DNA from: a virus
Lineage: Duplodnaviria; Heunggongvirae; Uroviricota; Caudoviricetes
IMG/VR virus record: IMGVR_UViG_3300028603_000003
DNA length: 36,596 nt
Direction: 5' to 3' (one strand)
In this document: positions 9,187 through 18,705 of the stretch, in pieces
Layout: each line of letters opens with the position of its first letter
How positions within the stretch are numbered: the stretch's first letter is position 1
Made by a program: the position numbers and the translations under genes
The notes under the pieces: model-generated
What the model saw: the letters and a program-made list of their open reading frames with translations, nothing else
Databases searched by the model: none
What the model was told of the DNA's origin: nothing

Positions 9187-10020
9187 TTATACCTCAAAAA
9201 TAATTCCGTGATTGTATTTCAGTGTCCGAAGCTCATGTCCGTGATAACCTCTAGGGGAACACAGGATTCGAGTGTCTTTGATCTTATAGTTAAAATCTTG
9301 GTGGACGTGGCCGTGACACCACACTGATATATTTTGCCTGCTTTCGATGAACTCGTCAAGATTAGACGCATACAAGGGACTGTCGTTTGACTTGTGAGAG
9401 TGCAGAGAAGACATATAGCTTGGAGCGTGGTGACTCATCACAACAAACTTAGAGTCAGAGTCTTCTAGGGTCTGTTCTAGCCAAGCCAGTTCTTCTCTGT
9501 GCATATCATACGCATCCTCGGGTTCGAACCTTTGAAGTACATTCTGGGCAGTAACCGGCCTGTCTGATTTGATTACATTGTTGTAATCATTCATCACTCT
9601 TCCGGCTCGGGACATCCACATCCAATCCCCACCGCCGAAGTCTGTCCACAGAGTAATCCCGGCCACACATACTCCATTCCCAAAATCAAAATGCTCCATG
9701 TTCAGGTGCTTGGCTTTGGGGTAATGACTGAACAAACGTTCTTCCAAAATCTCAGAAGTCTTCGCTACGTCGCCGTTATAGTGCTCGTGGTTTCCGTTGA
9801 TGTGGATGATGCAGTCAAACTCTTTCGAGGCAGATTCCATAAATTTATGATATGCTTCGATAGATTGTTCGTATTCTTCAGCATAGCTAAGCCGGTCAGC
9901 CATGACAAAGTCTGCTGCCACAAACACATCACCAGAAAGCAGAAGAACTTCAGCACCTTTGTTTTGTGGCTCGTAGGCTCCGAATTCCAGATGAAGGTCC
10001 GACATTAATTGAAACTTCAT
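9187..10020 (-). CDS. calcineurin-like metallophosphoesterase
   Basis: SDLHLE, LSGD, GNHEHY, SHHAP and HGHVH motifs; ATG at 10020 after GGAG. Confidence 0.92.
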   Translation of the reverse strand: MKFQLMSDLHLEFGAYEPQNKGAEVLLLSGDVFVAADFVMADRLSYAEEYEQSIEAYHKFMESASKEFDCIIHINGNHEHYNGDVAKTSEILEERLFSHYPKAKHLNMEHFDFGNGVCVAGITLWTDFGGGDWMWMSRAGRVMNDYNNVIKSDRPVTAQNVLQRFEPEDAYDMHREELAWLEQTLEDSDSKFVVMSHHAPSYMSSLHSHKSNDSPLYASNLDEFIESRQNISVWCHGHVHQDFNYKIKDTRILCSPRGYHGHELRTLKYNHGIIFEV

Positions 10021-10040
10021 AAAATTTAAACTCCAAATAG

Positions 10041-10065
10041 AAAAGGACTCCGAAGAGTCCTTTTT
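10041..10065. terminator. intrinsic terminator
   Basis: AAAAGGACTC-CGAA-GAGTCCTTTT (TTCG loop on the - strand). Confidence 0.85.
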
Positions 10066-10082
10066 GGGTGTGGGCAATAGGT

Positions 10083-10253
10083 TTACGCCAGAGTGCCGAT
10101 TCCGGTGCCTTCCTTCTCTGCTTGTTCCTTGCGATACTCTGCAAGAAGAGCGTCAAACTTGGGGCTACCCTTTTGTTCGCCATGCTTGGCGAGGATTGCT
10201 GCGGCTTCTGCGGCTTCGCGGTTGAGCTTGTGAATGGTAGTAAGTCCGTACAT
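10083..10253 (-). CDS. 56-aa protein MYGLTTIHKLNREAAEAAAILAK... (absent from the ORF track)
   Basis: AGGAG SD, own sigma70 promoter and terminator. Confidence 0.75.
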   Translation of the reverse strand: MYGLTTIHKLNREAAEAAAILAKHGEQKGSPKFDALLAEYRKEQAEKEGTGIGTLA

Positions 10254-10282
10254 GTTGTTTTCTCCTGATTGGGTAAGGTTGT

Positions 10283-10311
10283 ATTCTACTGCTGTTTTTG
10301 ATCTATGTCAA
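10283..10311 (-). promoter_or_regulatory. sigma70-type promoter
   Basis: TTGACA-17-TAGAAT. Confidence 0.75.
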
Positions 10312-10314
10312 CAA

Positions 10315-10584
10315 CTATTTATCTTCTGGCTTCTTGCTATCACACCAAGTAACAGTTGGTGCAAAAGGTTCGCGCCCAAGATAATAGTCAGGTGGATTTG
10401 GGGCGATGGGCCACATTGGCTTTTGCGGATGCTCTGGTGGATAGTATGGTTGATGAGGCTTCCAAGGATAGTTGTTGTCTTGCTTTGGTGGCTTGATACT
10501 CGGAGCAATTTCTATGTGAGTCATTACCTCTTCGTATGTTCCGTCATCGTAGTATACCACAATTCGCTTAATCTTTTTCGTCAT
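10315..10584 (-). CDS. Pro-rich hypothetical protein
   Basis: GAGG SD; overlaps the upstream ORF. Confidence 0.65.
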   Translation of the reverse strand: MTKKIKRIVVYYDDGTYEEVMTHIEIAPSIKPPKQDNNYPWKPHQPYYPPEHPQKPMWPIAPNPPDYYLGREPFAPTVTWCDSKKPEDK

Positions 10585-10984
10585 TATTAACCTCGCGACT
10601 TAAAAGTATACCCATAGAAATATAAAGGGTCGGAATAACAACAAGCATAACAAAAATGTATCCGATTGCCCCGAACCCGCTAGCCGTCACTAGCCAATAA
10701 CAAATCACAATCTGGTTTAGCCAAACCAAAGCTGCTTGCCACGTTGGGTCAAGCAACCCATACGATTTGTTTCCTTTTTTTACTGTGACTCTGGAGATTG
10801 CCACATAGTATAGAAGCCCTGCGAAAAATGCAGGGATGCCAACTAGCCACCCGAGGGCGACAGAATTGACATAGATTACTAACCCAACATAAGCAAATAA
10901 AGCAATAATAACAATTGGGATTAGAAAAAGTGGAATCCCATCAAGAATATCAAAGTCTCGGATTTTAATGAATAGCTTTTTCAC
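10568..10984 (-). CDS. integral membrane protein
   Basis: About 4 hydrophobic segments. Confidence 0.7.
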   Translation of the reverse strand: MKKLFIKIRDFDILDGIPLFLIPIVIIALFAYVGLVIYVNSVALGWLVGIPAFFAGLLYYVAISRVTVKKGNKSYGLLDPTWQAALVWLNQIVICYWLVTASGFGAIGYIFVMLVVIPTLYISMGILLSREVNNDEKD

Positions 10985-10993
10985 ATTGTTGCC

Positions 10994-12370
10994 TTAGAAC
11001 TTGAATTGATCAAAACCGCCACCTGACTGCGGAGTAGATGATACCATTGAAATCGAAGCTGTGTCAACCAGTTGGGTTGGAGCATCAAGGTCGAATAGCT
11101 TGAACTTGTTGATGTTGATTCCCATAACAAACCTAGAAAACTCTGCCTTGTTCGAGTATCTTGACTTTAGTTGCTTAAACATAACTTGCCCCATCTTGTC
11201 AAGCTCTTCTGTTCGGATAATCGCCCAGACCAAATCAGCAATGTGATATACACTCATAGACTCAGCCGTTGAGGTTTCATCCAAATCCGTGTTATTGTAT
11301 CCTGACCTGTTGGTTTGAATTGCAGACCAGATAGCCACGCCAAACTCTACGGCAAGCCCTCGCAACTCTTGGGCAACAAAGCCCATGGCGTGATAGCTGT
11401 TATAGTTTGAAGACTTATATTTTTGCGAAGCTACAATTCCGAGGTAGTCAATATATATGACATCGGGAACAAAGTCTTTCTTGTTTTTGAGTTCTTCTAG
11501 TAGTGCTCTAAAGTGGCCGACGTGGGCCGCGCCTGTTGGGTACTGCTTGACAGCCATCCTGCCCCTAGTTTTCTGCTTTAGCGAAGCTACCCTGCTAATA
11601 AAATCATCCTTCTTCATCTTCTTAAGATTTTTAAGTTCGATGTCAAGAAGGTTGCAGTCGATTCGCTCTGCGATCTTGTGCTCTGCCATCTCCATCGTGA
11701 TGTAGAGTACGTTTCTGCCAGCTTCCAAATCTCCAGCAGCAAGGTCACACAACATGATCGTCTTACCGACGTTCGAAGGCGCTAGGAACAGATTAAGAGT
11801 CTGGCTTTCGATTCCACCCGCAGTTGCTTGGTTCATCGTTGCGTGACGAATAGCAATTTTCTTAGTATTCTCAGAATATATCGCGTATCGAGCTTCTGCA
11901 CTTTCTAGGTAATCGTGGCCCACATCTGAATCGAATGATACTGAAAGCGCCTCTTGCAGAATTGTTGGGATGGCACCGGGTCCGAGCTTCTTGTCTTGAC
12001 CGTCTGCAATCAGGATTGATTGTGTAATAGCATTGTAGAGTGCGCGTTCTTTGCAGAACTTTTCTGCCAAATCTGTAGCCCACTTTACATCAACAGTTGC
12101 AGTATCGGAGAAGCTTTCAATCTTCTCCATCGTTTCTTCGAAAATCTTTTCTGGGACTCCTTGCTTCTCTTGAAGCGAGATTGCTAGAACTTCTCTCGTT
12201 GGTGCTTTGTTATACTTTGTGAAGAAGTCGTCAACTATCCGATAGACAAGCTTATCTGATTCTACTTTGAAATACTCGTCCTTGAGGAACGGCAACACCT
12301 TTCGAGTGTATTCTTCGTTGACGATTAGATTTTGTAGTACGGTAAATTCTACTGAGTGTTTTGCTGCCAT
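10994..12370 (-). CDS. 41: T4 gp41-like replicative helicase (DnaB family)
   Basis: APSNVGKT, YITMEM, KQYPT, IDYLGI, QTNRSG and QLKSRY motifs. Confidence 0.95.
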   Translation of the reverse strand: MAAKHSVEFTVLQNLIVNEEYTRKVLPFLKDEYFKVESDKLVYRIVDDFFTKYNKAPTREVLAISLQEKQGVPEKIFEETMEKIESFSDTATVDVKWATDLAEKFCKERALYNAITQSILIADGQDKKLGPGAIPTILQEALSVSFDSDVGHDYLESAEARYAIYSENTKKIAIRHATMNQATAGGIESQTLNLFLAPSNVGKTIMLCDLAAGDLEAGRNVLYITMEMAEHKIAERIDCNLLDIELKNLKKMKKDDFISRVASLKQKTRGRMAVKQYPTGAAHVGHFRALLEELKNKKDFVPDVIYIDYLGIVASQKYKSSNYNSYHAMGFVAQELRGLAVEFGVAIWSAIQTNRSGYNNTDLDETSTAESMSVYHIADLVWAIIRTEELDKMGQVMFKQLKSRYSNKAEFSRFVMGININKFKLFDLDAPTQLVDTASISMVSSTPQSGGGFDQFKF

Positions 12371-12384
12371 CTAATTCCTCTTGG

Positions 12385-12699
12385 TTAAACGATATCTTCT
12401 AGCTTGGTGCTTGTGTCGATTGGAGATTGCTCCATCTGATTCATCGACTCTTCGATAATGTTCTGAACAAAGTATGAAAAGTCTTTGTTGAACTCGGCCT
12501 TGTCTAGCTCGGGGTCTAGAAAGCTGTACTCATAATCTACAATTAGGGTTTCTAGGTTAGGATCATTCGGGTCAGACCTAAAATCCTTCAATTGAAAAAC
12601 AATTGACTTTCCGTTGGAGTCTAGATATCGGAATTCAATCTGATCACCAGCTTCGGTTTCGCGAACCATGTATTGAAATTTTTGTAGAGGATTGCTCAT
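12385..12699 (-). CDS. hypothetical protein, positional analogue of T4 gp40
   Basis: Small acidic ORF between uvsX and 41. Confidence 0.55.
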   Translation of the reverse strand: MSNPLQKFQYMVRETEAGDQIEFRYLDSNGKSIVFQLKDFRSDPNDPNLETLIVDYEYSFLDPELDKAEFNKDFSYFVQNIIEESMNQMEQSPIDTSTKLEDIV

Positions 12700-12757
12700 G
12701 TGTGTCTTCCTTGTAAAATTGAGTGGAATCTGTTGACTCCACTCATTGTCTCAAATC

Positions 12758-13087
12758 TTACCAGTTGAAGTCAAAGATAGTATCTTCGTCTTCTCCATCC
12801 TCGGCTTCTTCTTCAACGTCACTCAAATGTTCCAGAGGGTTAAGTCCACAAATCGACTTCGAACCCACAGTTTCCACCAACCACGAAATCTTAGATTGAT
12901 CTTCCGAAAGCAAAGTCAAATCTTCTTTTTCTAAGGTTCCGAAAATTTCCGAGTGTTTGCCCAGAACCTCGCCAAAGTAAACGTCCTTTCCCAAAGCCTC
13001 TTCAAGCTCTTTGTCGGCTGCCACAAACAGGGACTCAATGTCCCCGCCACGGAAGCTCCAACTGAATCGATATAGCTTATTCATCAC
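12758..13087 (-). CDS. conserved phage hypothetical protein
   Basis: VYFGEVLGKHSEI motif; overlaps the uvsX stop. Confidence 0.7.
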   Translation of the reverse strand: MMNKLYRFSWSFRGGDIESLFVAADKELEEALGKDVYFGEVLGKHSEIFGTLEKEDLTLLSEDQSKISWLVETVGSKSICGLNPLEHLSDVEEEAEDGEDEDTIFDFNW

Positions 13088-14150
13088 TTACCTCTTCATC
13101 ATTGATTGATTCGATTTGTTGTTGCAGACTGTTGTGTGACACCTTGAACTTTTGTTCGACGAAGTCCAAGAACTTTTCTGACTCCAGAATCGATTTCCAG
13201 AACTCGTCAGTGTTGGTTTGCTTCAACCGAAAATTTGGTTCGCAAATCTCGCCGGTATCAGGATTGACCTTTGCATACCATCCGTTCTTTGGCTTAACAA
13301 CCATCCCGCATTCAATGGCAAGTTCCATTAGTCCAGAATACTTGTTTATGCCGCCACTATATGTGACTAGTAGTGGGAACTTAGTCTTTTCCTTTACGTT
13401 TCTCGACTTGTCGGCGTTTAGGGTAAAATTCCAACCAGCAATCTCGTCGCCGTCTTTTTCTTGACTTCTACCCATGATGAAAATCGAGTTTGCAGAAAGC
13501 ACGCCACCAGTTCCGCCACTAACAACATCCTTGGGGAAAAGCTCCATCGTCTTGTATGTGTGCATGATTGCAAACATGGGGATGTCATAAAGGGTGAAGT
13601 ATGGCGTAACCATTCGGAAGAAGCTCTTAAGTTGCTTAGCGCGAGTCATGTCTGCTGCCGCACTTTCCTTTAGAGCGTCTTCTACTTCTTTCTTCGAAGC
13701 CAAGTTACCAATCGAGTCAACGAAGAATACTAGTCGTTCGCCGCGCTTCAACTGTTCAAGCTTCTGCATCATGTCAAACTTCAACTCTTCAATGTTTGTT
13801 ACAGCAATGTGTAGGACTCGATCTGGATCAATTCCAGAAGACTTCCAATAATCTTTTGTGGTGCCAAATTCAGAATCGTAGAATACACAAATTGCGTCTT
13901 GGTATTTGTTCAGATACGAAGAAACGAACACCATGCTTGTATTTGATTTGAAGTGCTTCGAAGGGCCAGCAATCAAGTGAATGCCGGGACCATATCCTCG
14001 CTGTCCCTTTCGCATTGATCCCGAGAACGCAGCGTCCAAGATTGGGACTCCAGTTTCGATCAAGTCTCGATTGTTGAGAAGTTCAGAATCAGAAAGTACC
14101 GACACATGCTTGGCGCTGCCTGTCTTTCGCATCTTGTCCATTAAACTCAT
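13077..14150 (-). CDS. uvsX: UvsX RecA-like recombinase
   Basis: AGPSKHFKS, YDSEFG, DSIGNLASKKE and ADMTRAK motifs. Confidence 0.96.
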   Translation of the reverse strand: MSLMDKMRKTGSAKHVSVLSDSELLNNRDLIETGVPILDAAFSGSMRKGQRGYGPGIHLIAGPSKHFKSNTSMVFVSSYLNKYQDAICVFYDSEFGTTKDYWKSSGIDPDRVLHIAVTNIEELKFDMMQKLEQLKRGERLVFFVDSIGNLASKKEVEDALKESAAADMTRAKQLKSFFRMVTPYFTLYDIPMFAIMHTYKTMELFPKDVVSGGTGGVLSANSIFIMGRSQEKDGDEIAGWNFTLNADKSRNVKEKTKFPLLVTYSGGINKYSGLMELAIECGMVVKPKNGWYAKVNPDTGEICEPNFRLKQTNTDEFWKSILESEKFLDFVEQKFKVSHNSLQQQIESINDEEVSDE

Positions 14151-14506
14151 ACAGTTTCCTCTTTGTTATAAAGTTGTTTTTGATAATCTTTTAGAATGTC
14201 CACTATAACTGCGTGTCCTTGCACCCCAATAGAATTCCGAAAGAATGCAGAAGGATAGATGACTTCAAGTGACCAAATACTCTCCGCATAATCGATTGCT
14301 AGATTCACAGCGTCAATAAAGCTAACATCTGAGTTTAGCGTTGTTCCAAGCTCGATTACTCTTGAGTTAGCCAAGTCCTCGTCAATGTAGAGTAGGTAAG
14401 AGACAGAGTAATACTTTCCTTCGCCCAACTGTACTTCGTCGATAACGATGGAAATCATCTCGGGATAGATTTGCTCTCCGCTTTTAATTTTCTTGTTAAA
14501 CAACAT
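14147..14506 (-). CDS. hypothetical protein
   Basis: GGAG SD; between pol and uvsX. Confidence 0.65.
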   Translation of the reverse strand: MLFNKKIKSGEQIYPEMISIVIDEVQLGEGKYYSVSYLLYIDEDLANSRVIELGTTLNSDVSFIDAVNLAIDYAESIWSLEVIYPSAFFRNSIGVQGHAVIVDILKDYQKQLYNKEETV

Positions 14507-14508
14507 TG

Positions 14509-15612
14509 TTACTCCATAGTAAAAAATGAATCCATCGTATTACGCTGCTCTGCTTCCCATCCAATAATCTGCAATACATTTTCCATCGGACCCAAGAAAG
14601 CCTTTTGGAATTGGGTGTCATAGTCAACATACTTGTGGGCATTGAACTCTTTCGGAAGTTCAGTCATAAACCCAATCTTGTCTTCCCCGAAGGGGTTAGG
14701 CTCTTTGACATAGACGAACTTCATCTTGTCACCTGAGAATATCTTATCGTAAGTGACACCAAGATTCAAATCTGATAGCAACTTGTTGTATAGAATCGCA
14801 GCCTTTACGTGCGCTGGAGTGCCCTTTATGTATCCAGTTTGGGTATTAGCAGAATACTTCTCGATGCCATTCACTCCCCGAGGAAAAGCAATCTCTTCGA
14901 CTGACAGGCTCTTGAACCATGCCTTCTTTGTTTTGATAAACTTCTGAAGTGCTTCTTGTCCGTGCTCGAAGATTTCTTTGTATGCCTCTTTCATAAGGCG
15001 TCTTCCGATTTCTGGGATGTTCGATCTGATGGCATCGAGGCCAACGATCTTCAGCTTCGGTTCTGAGTAATAGACGCCTTCGTTGTAATAGACATATTGA
15101 GCATACTTCGCCTTGGCAATGTAGAAAGTTCTGGTGCAAACCGCCTCAGTCTTCATTGAGATTCTGTTTTGTTTGCAGTTAAATCTATTAGCCAAAGCAA
15201 CATAGGTCTTGTCGAGCAATGGTTCGATCTTCTCTGTCGCAATCTTGACTAGCAGTCGGACTCTCTCTTCCTCAGACTTGTCGGCGAAAAACTTCTCCAC
15301 AACGTCTTCCATGCATACTTGAGCGGAGTCGGTGTGCATATACACAACGCGATCCTTCTTGTCTTGCATAAGCTTCTGAAGGAAATCATTGATTGCAATC
15401 TCAGATTGTTTGATGATTGTTTGCCCCGAGATAGTTACAGACTCTGCAATGCGAGGATCGTACCATCTGAACTGGGCGCTGCCTAGAGCACCATAAAGAC
15501 TGTTTGCGCGGAGCTTTGCGTTATTTTGCAGCGCGTCAAATTTATTGTATTGGGTTTTTAAAGATTCTAGTTTGGCTAGTAGCTCTTCTGTGCTTAGTTG
15601 TTCATCAGACAT
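14509..15612 (-). CDS. 43: family B DNA polymerase, C-terminal part (gp43B-like)
   Basis: Motif B KLRANSLYG, motif C YMHTDS, AKAKY, C-terminal clamp-binding-like MDSFF. Confidence 0.92.
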   Translation of the reverse strand: MSDEQLSTEELLAKLESLKTQYNKFDALQNNAKLRANSLYGALGSAQFRWYDPRIAESVTISGQTIIKQSEIAINDFLQKLMQDKKDRVVYMHTDSAQVCMEDVVEKFFADKSEEERVRLLVKIATEKIEPLLDKTYVALANRFNCKQNRISMKTEAVCTRTFYIAKAKYAQYVYYNEGVYYSEPKLKIVGLDAIRSNIPEIGRRLMKEAYKEIFEHGQEALQKFIKTKKAWFKSLSVEEIAFPRGVNGIEKYSANTQTGYIKGTPAHVKAAILYNKLLSDLNLGVTYDKIFSGDKMKFVYVKEPNPFGEDKIGFMTELPKEFNAHKYVDYDTQFQKAFLGPMENVLQIIGWEAEQRNTMDSFFTME

Positions 15613-17099
15613 GTACCCCCCCTTTGTGCTAGGATTGCTTTGATGCTCTCCATTTCATTTTCGATTGTCTTCATCTGTTTCTTATATACCTTACGAGAGT
15701 CAATGAATCGTTGCAGTAGCTCGGGGATGATTCCTTGCTTGTCTGTTCGATAGACGTGTCCCGCTGCGCTTACGCATTGGTCTTCGCTCAAGCCATAATC
15801 GGTCTTGTCCGACAAATCGTAAACATCTGGTTGAGGGGAGACTGTCACCCCATCGATAAACCCACAGATTGTTTCTGGAGAAATGTTGAACTGGATAATT
15901 GTGCTTGGGTATAGACTGGCAACGTCTTCTGTGAAAACATACTTATGGTATCCCTTGATCAAGTCTTTTTGATATCCTCCGGGATAAGGGCGCTTTGCCG
16001 AATCTGAGCCTAGAGGGACACAAATCTTTCTCTTAAGAAGCTCACCATAGATGATACTGTCCCAAGCAGGAATGGTCAAAAGTTCTTCAGAGTAGTTGAC
16101 CTTCGCAGAATACGCAGCAGTCAGACACATGTTAATGTAGCCTAGCTCCTGTTCAAGCTCATACACCAGTCGAGTATCGATGATGTTGTATTCCATGTAT
16201 CGCTGAAAGTCTTTCTCATACATTTCTTTCAGGTTCTTATACATTGAATAGTCAAGCTTCTTCTTGTTGAGTACGAGTTCGGCAATCGCATCTAGACGAT
16301 ACGATTCTTGAGGTCCAAACTTCATGCCAAACTTCTTGAACAATTGCATGTAGTCTAGTTGTTCAACACCATAGATTTCGTACTGATAACGCATCTTGCC
16401 TTGTTCTTCTCGCTCTCGAAGCTGAATCTTTCCCCAAGGCGAGATTCGCTTGGCTGTGTCTTCTCCAAGGATTTTGATGATTCGCGTGAGAAAGTAAACC
16501 ATGTCGTACTCGACGCTGTTCCACCCGGTGTAGATACTGGGGTCATAGGAAACCAAAAAGTTCATCGCCCCCATCAACATATCTCGCTCATTATTGAAGA
16601 CGCGCTTTTCCACCGACAGCCCTTGCAGAAGACTTGACTTTGGTTCATAATCGACAAAAGAAAAGCTATGCGCATTGCCATCATTGTCTACGAATGCGAT
16701 GGCTGAGATTTGTCCTTCAGCCTCATGTGCTTCAGAATAGCCATATTCGGTTGGTAAAGTTTCGATGTCCCAATAAATGATCTTAGGAGTTTGCCACTCA
16801 ATCTCTTCTGGAAACTTGGCGTGTAGAAATTGGGCAACATAGTTTTTGTTGCCATACACTGTAAACCCAACAACGTCGCTGTACCGCTCGATGAACTCTT
16901 TGCAGTCTCTCATTGTTCCCGGCATGACTGGCTCTACAGGATTCCCATAGATGTCTTTCCACTCCGACAAAGCCTGCGATGACGTGAATAGTGTCGGATG
17001 AAATTCTTCTTTATACTTTACACGCTTTCCCTTCTCGTCATATCCCATATAGAGAATCTGATTGCCAAACCTGCAAACGTTGGTATAATAACCTTGCAT
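15594..17099 (-). CDS. 43: family B DNA polymerase, N-terminal part (gp43A-like: exonuclease + motif A)
   Basis: WDIET, TGWNSVEYD, SYRLD, YNIID, YPGGY and DVASLYPS motifs. Confidence 0.93.
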   Translation of the reverse strand: MQGYYTNVCRFGNQILYMGYDEKGKRVKYKEEFHPTLFTSSQALSEWKDIYGNPVEPVMPGTMRDCKEFIERYSDVVGFTVYGNKNYVAQFLHAKFPEEIEWQTPKIIYWDIETLPTEYGYSEAHEAEGQISAIAFVDNDGNAHSFSFVDYEPKSSLLQGLSVEKRVFNNERDMLMGAMNFLVSYDPSIYTGWNSVEYDMVYFLTRIIKILGEDTAKRISPWGKIQLREREEQGKMRYQYEIYGVEQLDYMQLFKKFGMKFGPQESYRLDAIAELVLNKKKLDYSMYKNLKEMYEKDFQRYMEYNIIDTRLVYELEQELGYINMCLTAAYSAKVNYSEELLTIPAWDSIIYGELLKRKICVPLGSDSAKRPYPGGYQKDLIKGYHKYVFTEDVASLYPSTIIQFNISPETICGFIDGVTVSPQPDVYDLSDKTDYGLSEDQCVSAAGHVYRTDKQGIIPELLQRFIDSRKVYKKQMKTIENEMESIKAILAQRGGTCLMNN

Positions 17100-17176
17100 A
17101 TTTTGTTCCTTACAAATGAAAATGGACAGAAACCATTTAGGTCACTGTCCATTTTACCAATCTGACTAAGTCGAAG

Positions 17177-17377
17177 TCAAAGAATTTCTATGTCGTCTAA
17201 CCGGAAGATAATCTCACTTTCGGTTTGAGTTGTAACTAGAATAGCTAGTTCATTGTTTGCTAGAGTTACAAACCGCTTAATGTGGCCGTATACGAACTTT
17301 TCAGCTTCCCGATCATAGTAAGCCTTCACAACGGTTCCGGCTTTAAGCTGTGATAGCTGGAATTCGCCAAACATCAC
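17177..17377 (-). CDS. hypothetical protein
   Basis: In operon. Confidence 0.6.
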   Translation of the reverse strand: MMFGEFQLSQLKAGTVVKAYYDREAEKFVYGHIKRFVTLANNELAILVTTQTESEIIFRLDDIEIL

Positions 17378-17659
17378 TTAGTCCTCGGTCAGAACAAACA
17401 GTGATGGCTCGGTTCGATAAGCGGTGGCAATAATTTCTGGACTCACCGCATCTAGTCGATACTTGACGATTCGCTTGCCCTTCTTGTCTTTTGTGATTAC
17501 AGAGTAAACCGGAATTCCCATTTCTCGAAGGCGCTGTACTTCCTTTGATGGCGAGCCTACTTTATACATTTTCTTCAGTTGTTTCTGTGTCAGGTCGCCT
17601 TGATTCCATAGAGCACCGACTAGCCGTTCAGATACTGAAGTGTAAATTTTCTTTGTCAT
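17378..17659 (-). CDS. small basic winged-HTH-like protein
   Basis: LTQKQL...SPSKEVQRLREMGIPV...YRL pattern. Confidence 0.6.
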   Translation of the reverse strand: MTKKIYTSVSERLVGALWNQGDLTQKQLKKMYKVGSPSKEVQRLREMGIPVYSVITKDKKGKRIVKYRLDAVSPEIIATAYRTEPSLFVLTED

Positions 17660-17671
17660 AATTTAATCCTC

Positions 17672-17884
17672 TCAGATGCTATAGTTTAGTTCTGTTGTTT
17701 CAACAGTATCGATTGATTTCAGTGTAGTGTCCATCCATCGGACATTTTCGGCCCACAAAGTAAAGTTAGAACCATTAATGCACTTTTGAACGTGGTCAAA
17801 AATTTCCATAACCTGTGCTTCTTCAGGAACCTCAATCTCAAAAACCACGTTAACCTTCACAGTCTTCATCACATTCTTCATCAC
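17672..17884 (-). CDS. hypothetical protein
   Basis: Overlaps the upstream stop. Confidence 0.6.
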   Translation of the reverse strand: MMKNVMKTVKVNVVFEIEVPEEAQVMEIFDHVQKCINGSNFTLWAENVRWMDTTLKSIDTVETTELNYSI

Positions 17885-18381
17885 ATTCCTCGCTTGATAT
17901 TTTTAAAAATGATTTCCTTGAACCCCTCTTCCTTGGTAGGAACCTTGAATTGCTTTCGCATCTTGTCAAGCACATCGTAAGGGATGAGCTTTCCGCGCTT
18001 GCCTCGCTCTTCGTTGCGGTCAAGGATGACTTCGAAGTCTTCATTGAAGACATACGCAACAGTATGATAGTTGCTGGCGATCTTTGCAAGTTTCTTTTTG
18101 CGAGAAGCAGGAGTCAGATTGGTTTGGTCCCAGATGATGTGCTTGTTGTGCCATACAGCCTCGTGGAGCCGTTTTTCCATGTCGGAGGTAGCTTCGCCAA
18201 TGGCGGACTCAAAAATCTTGTTGTAGGTCGTTTTAAGCTGCTTGGCGCGAGCTTCGATGAAGTCGTCAGTCGAGAGCACAACAGCATCAGGAAATACCCG
18301 CATAAGGTATTCCACTTCGGTTGACTTGCCTGCACACGGAAGACCGCAAAGCATAAAGAGGGTTGGGGTTTTATTTGCCAA
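17881..18381 (-). CDS. P-loop kinase (AAA_33 / polynucleotide kinase-like)
   Basis: GLPCAGKST, LSTDD, IWDQTNL and RNEER motifs. Confidence 0.88.
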   Translation of the reverse strand: MANKTPTLFMLCGLPCAGKSTEVEYLMRVFPDAVVLSTDDFIEARAKQLKTTYNKIFESAIGEATSDMEKRLHEAVWHNKHIIWDQTNLTPASRKKKLAKIASNYHTVAYVFNEDFEVILDRNEERGKRGKLIPYDVLDKMRKQFKVPTKEEGFKEIIFKNIKRGM

Positions 18382-18702
18382 TTATTCATTCTCCAATTGA
18401 TTAATATACTTCAACAAAAACTCGCACTCTGAAGTCTTCTTGTTTAGTTCGTCCCGCAGATAAATACGCTCTCCGAGTGCAGAATTATACTGTTCCCACA
18501 TTTTACCATATTCTGAAATCAAATTGCAAACTGCGGCAGAATTCTTTTCTTTTTCAGAAAGTTTCTGAAACAAGTGCGCGGCATGAACAAAGTTGTTGTG
18601 GATGTTGGTTTGCTTTCTCTGTGGCTCTGGGGCGCGGGGGTCAATTGTTTGCCACCCGCCATCCCGAGTTCTGATTGAATATGGAACAATTGGTGCGACC
18701 AT
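18382..18702 (-). CDS. hypothetical protein
   Basis: GGAG SD; in operon. Confidence 0.65.
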   Translation of the reverse strand: MVAPIVPYSIRTRDGGWQTIDPRAPEPQRKQTNIHNNFVHAAHLFQKLSEKEKNSAAVCNLISEYGKMWEQYNSALGERIYLRDELNKKTSECEFLLKYINQLENE

Positions 18703-18705
18703 AAA

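Noticed and set aside
9950-10183. 77-aa - strand ORF MANKRV...
   Set aside because: Crosses a terminator; the overlapping 56-aa frame has the SD and promoter
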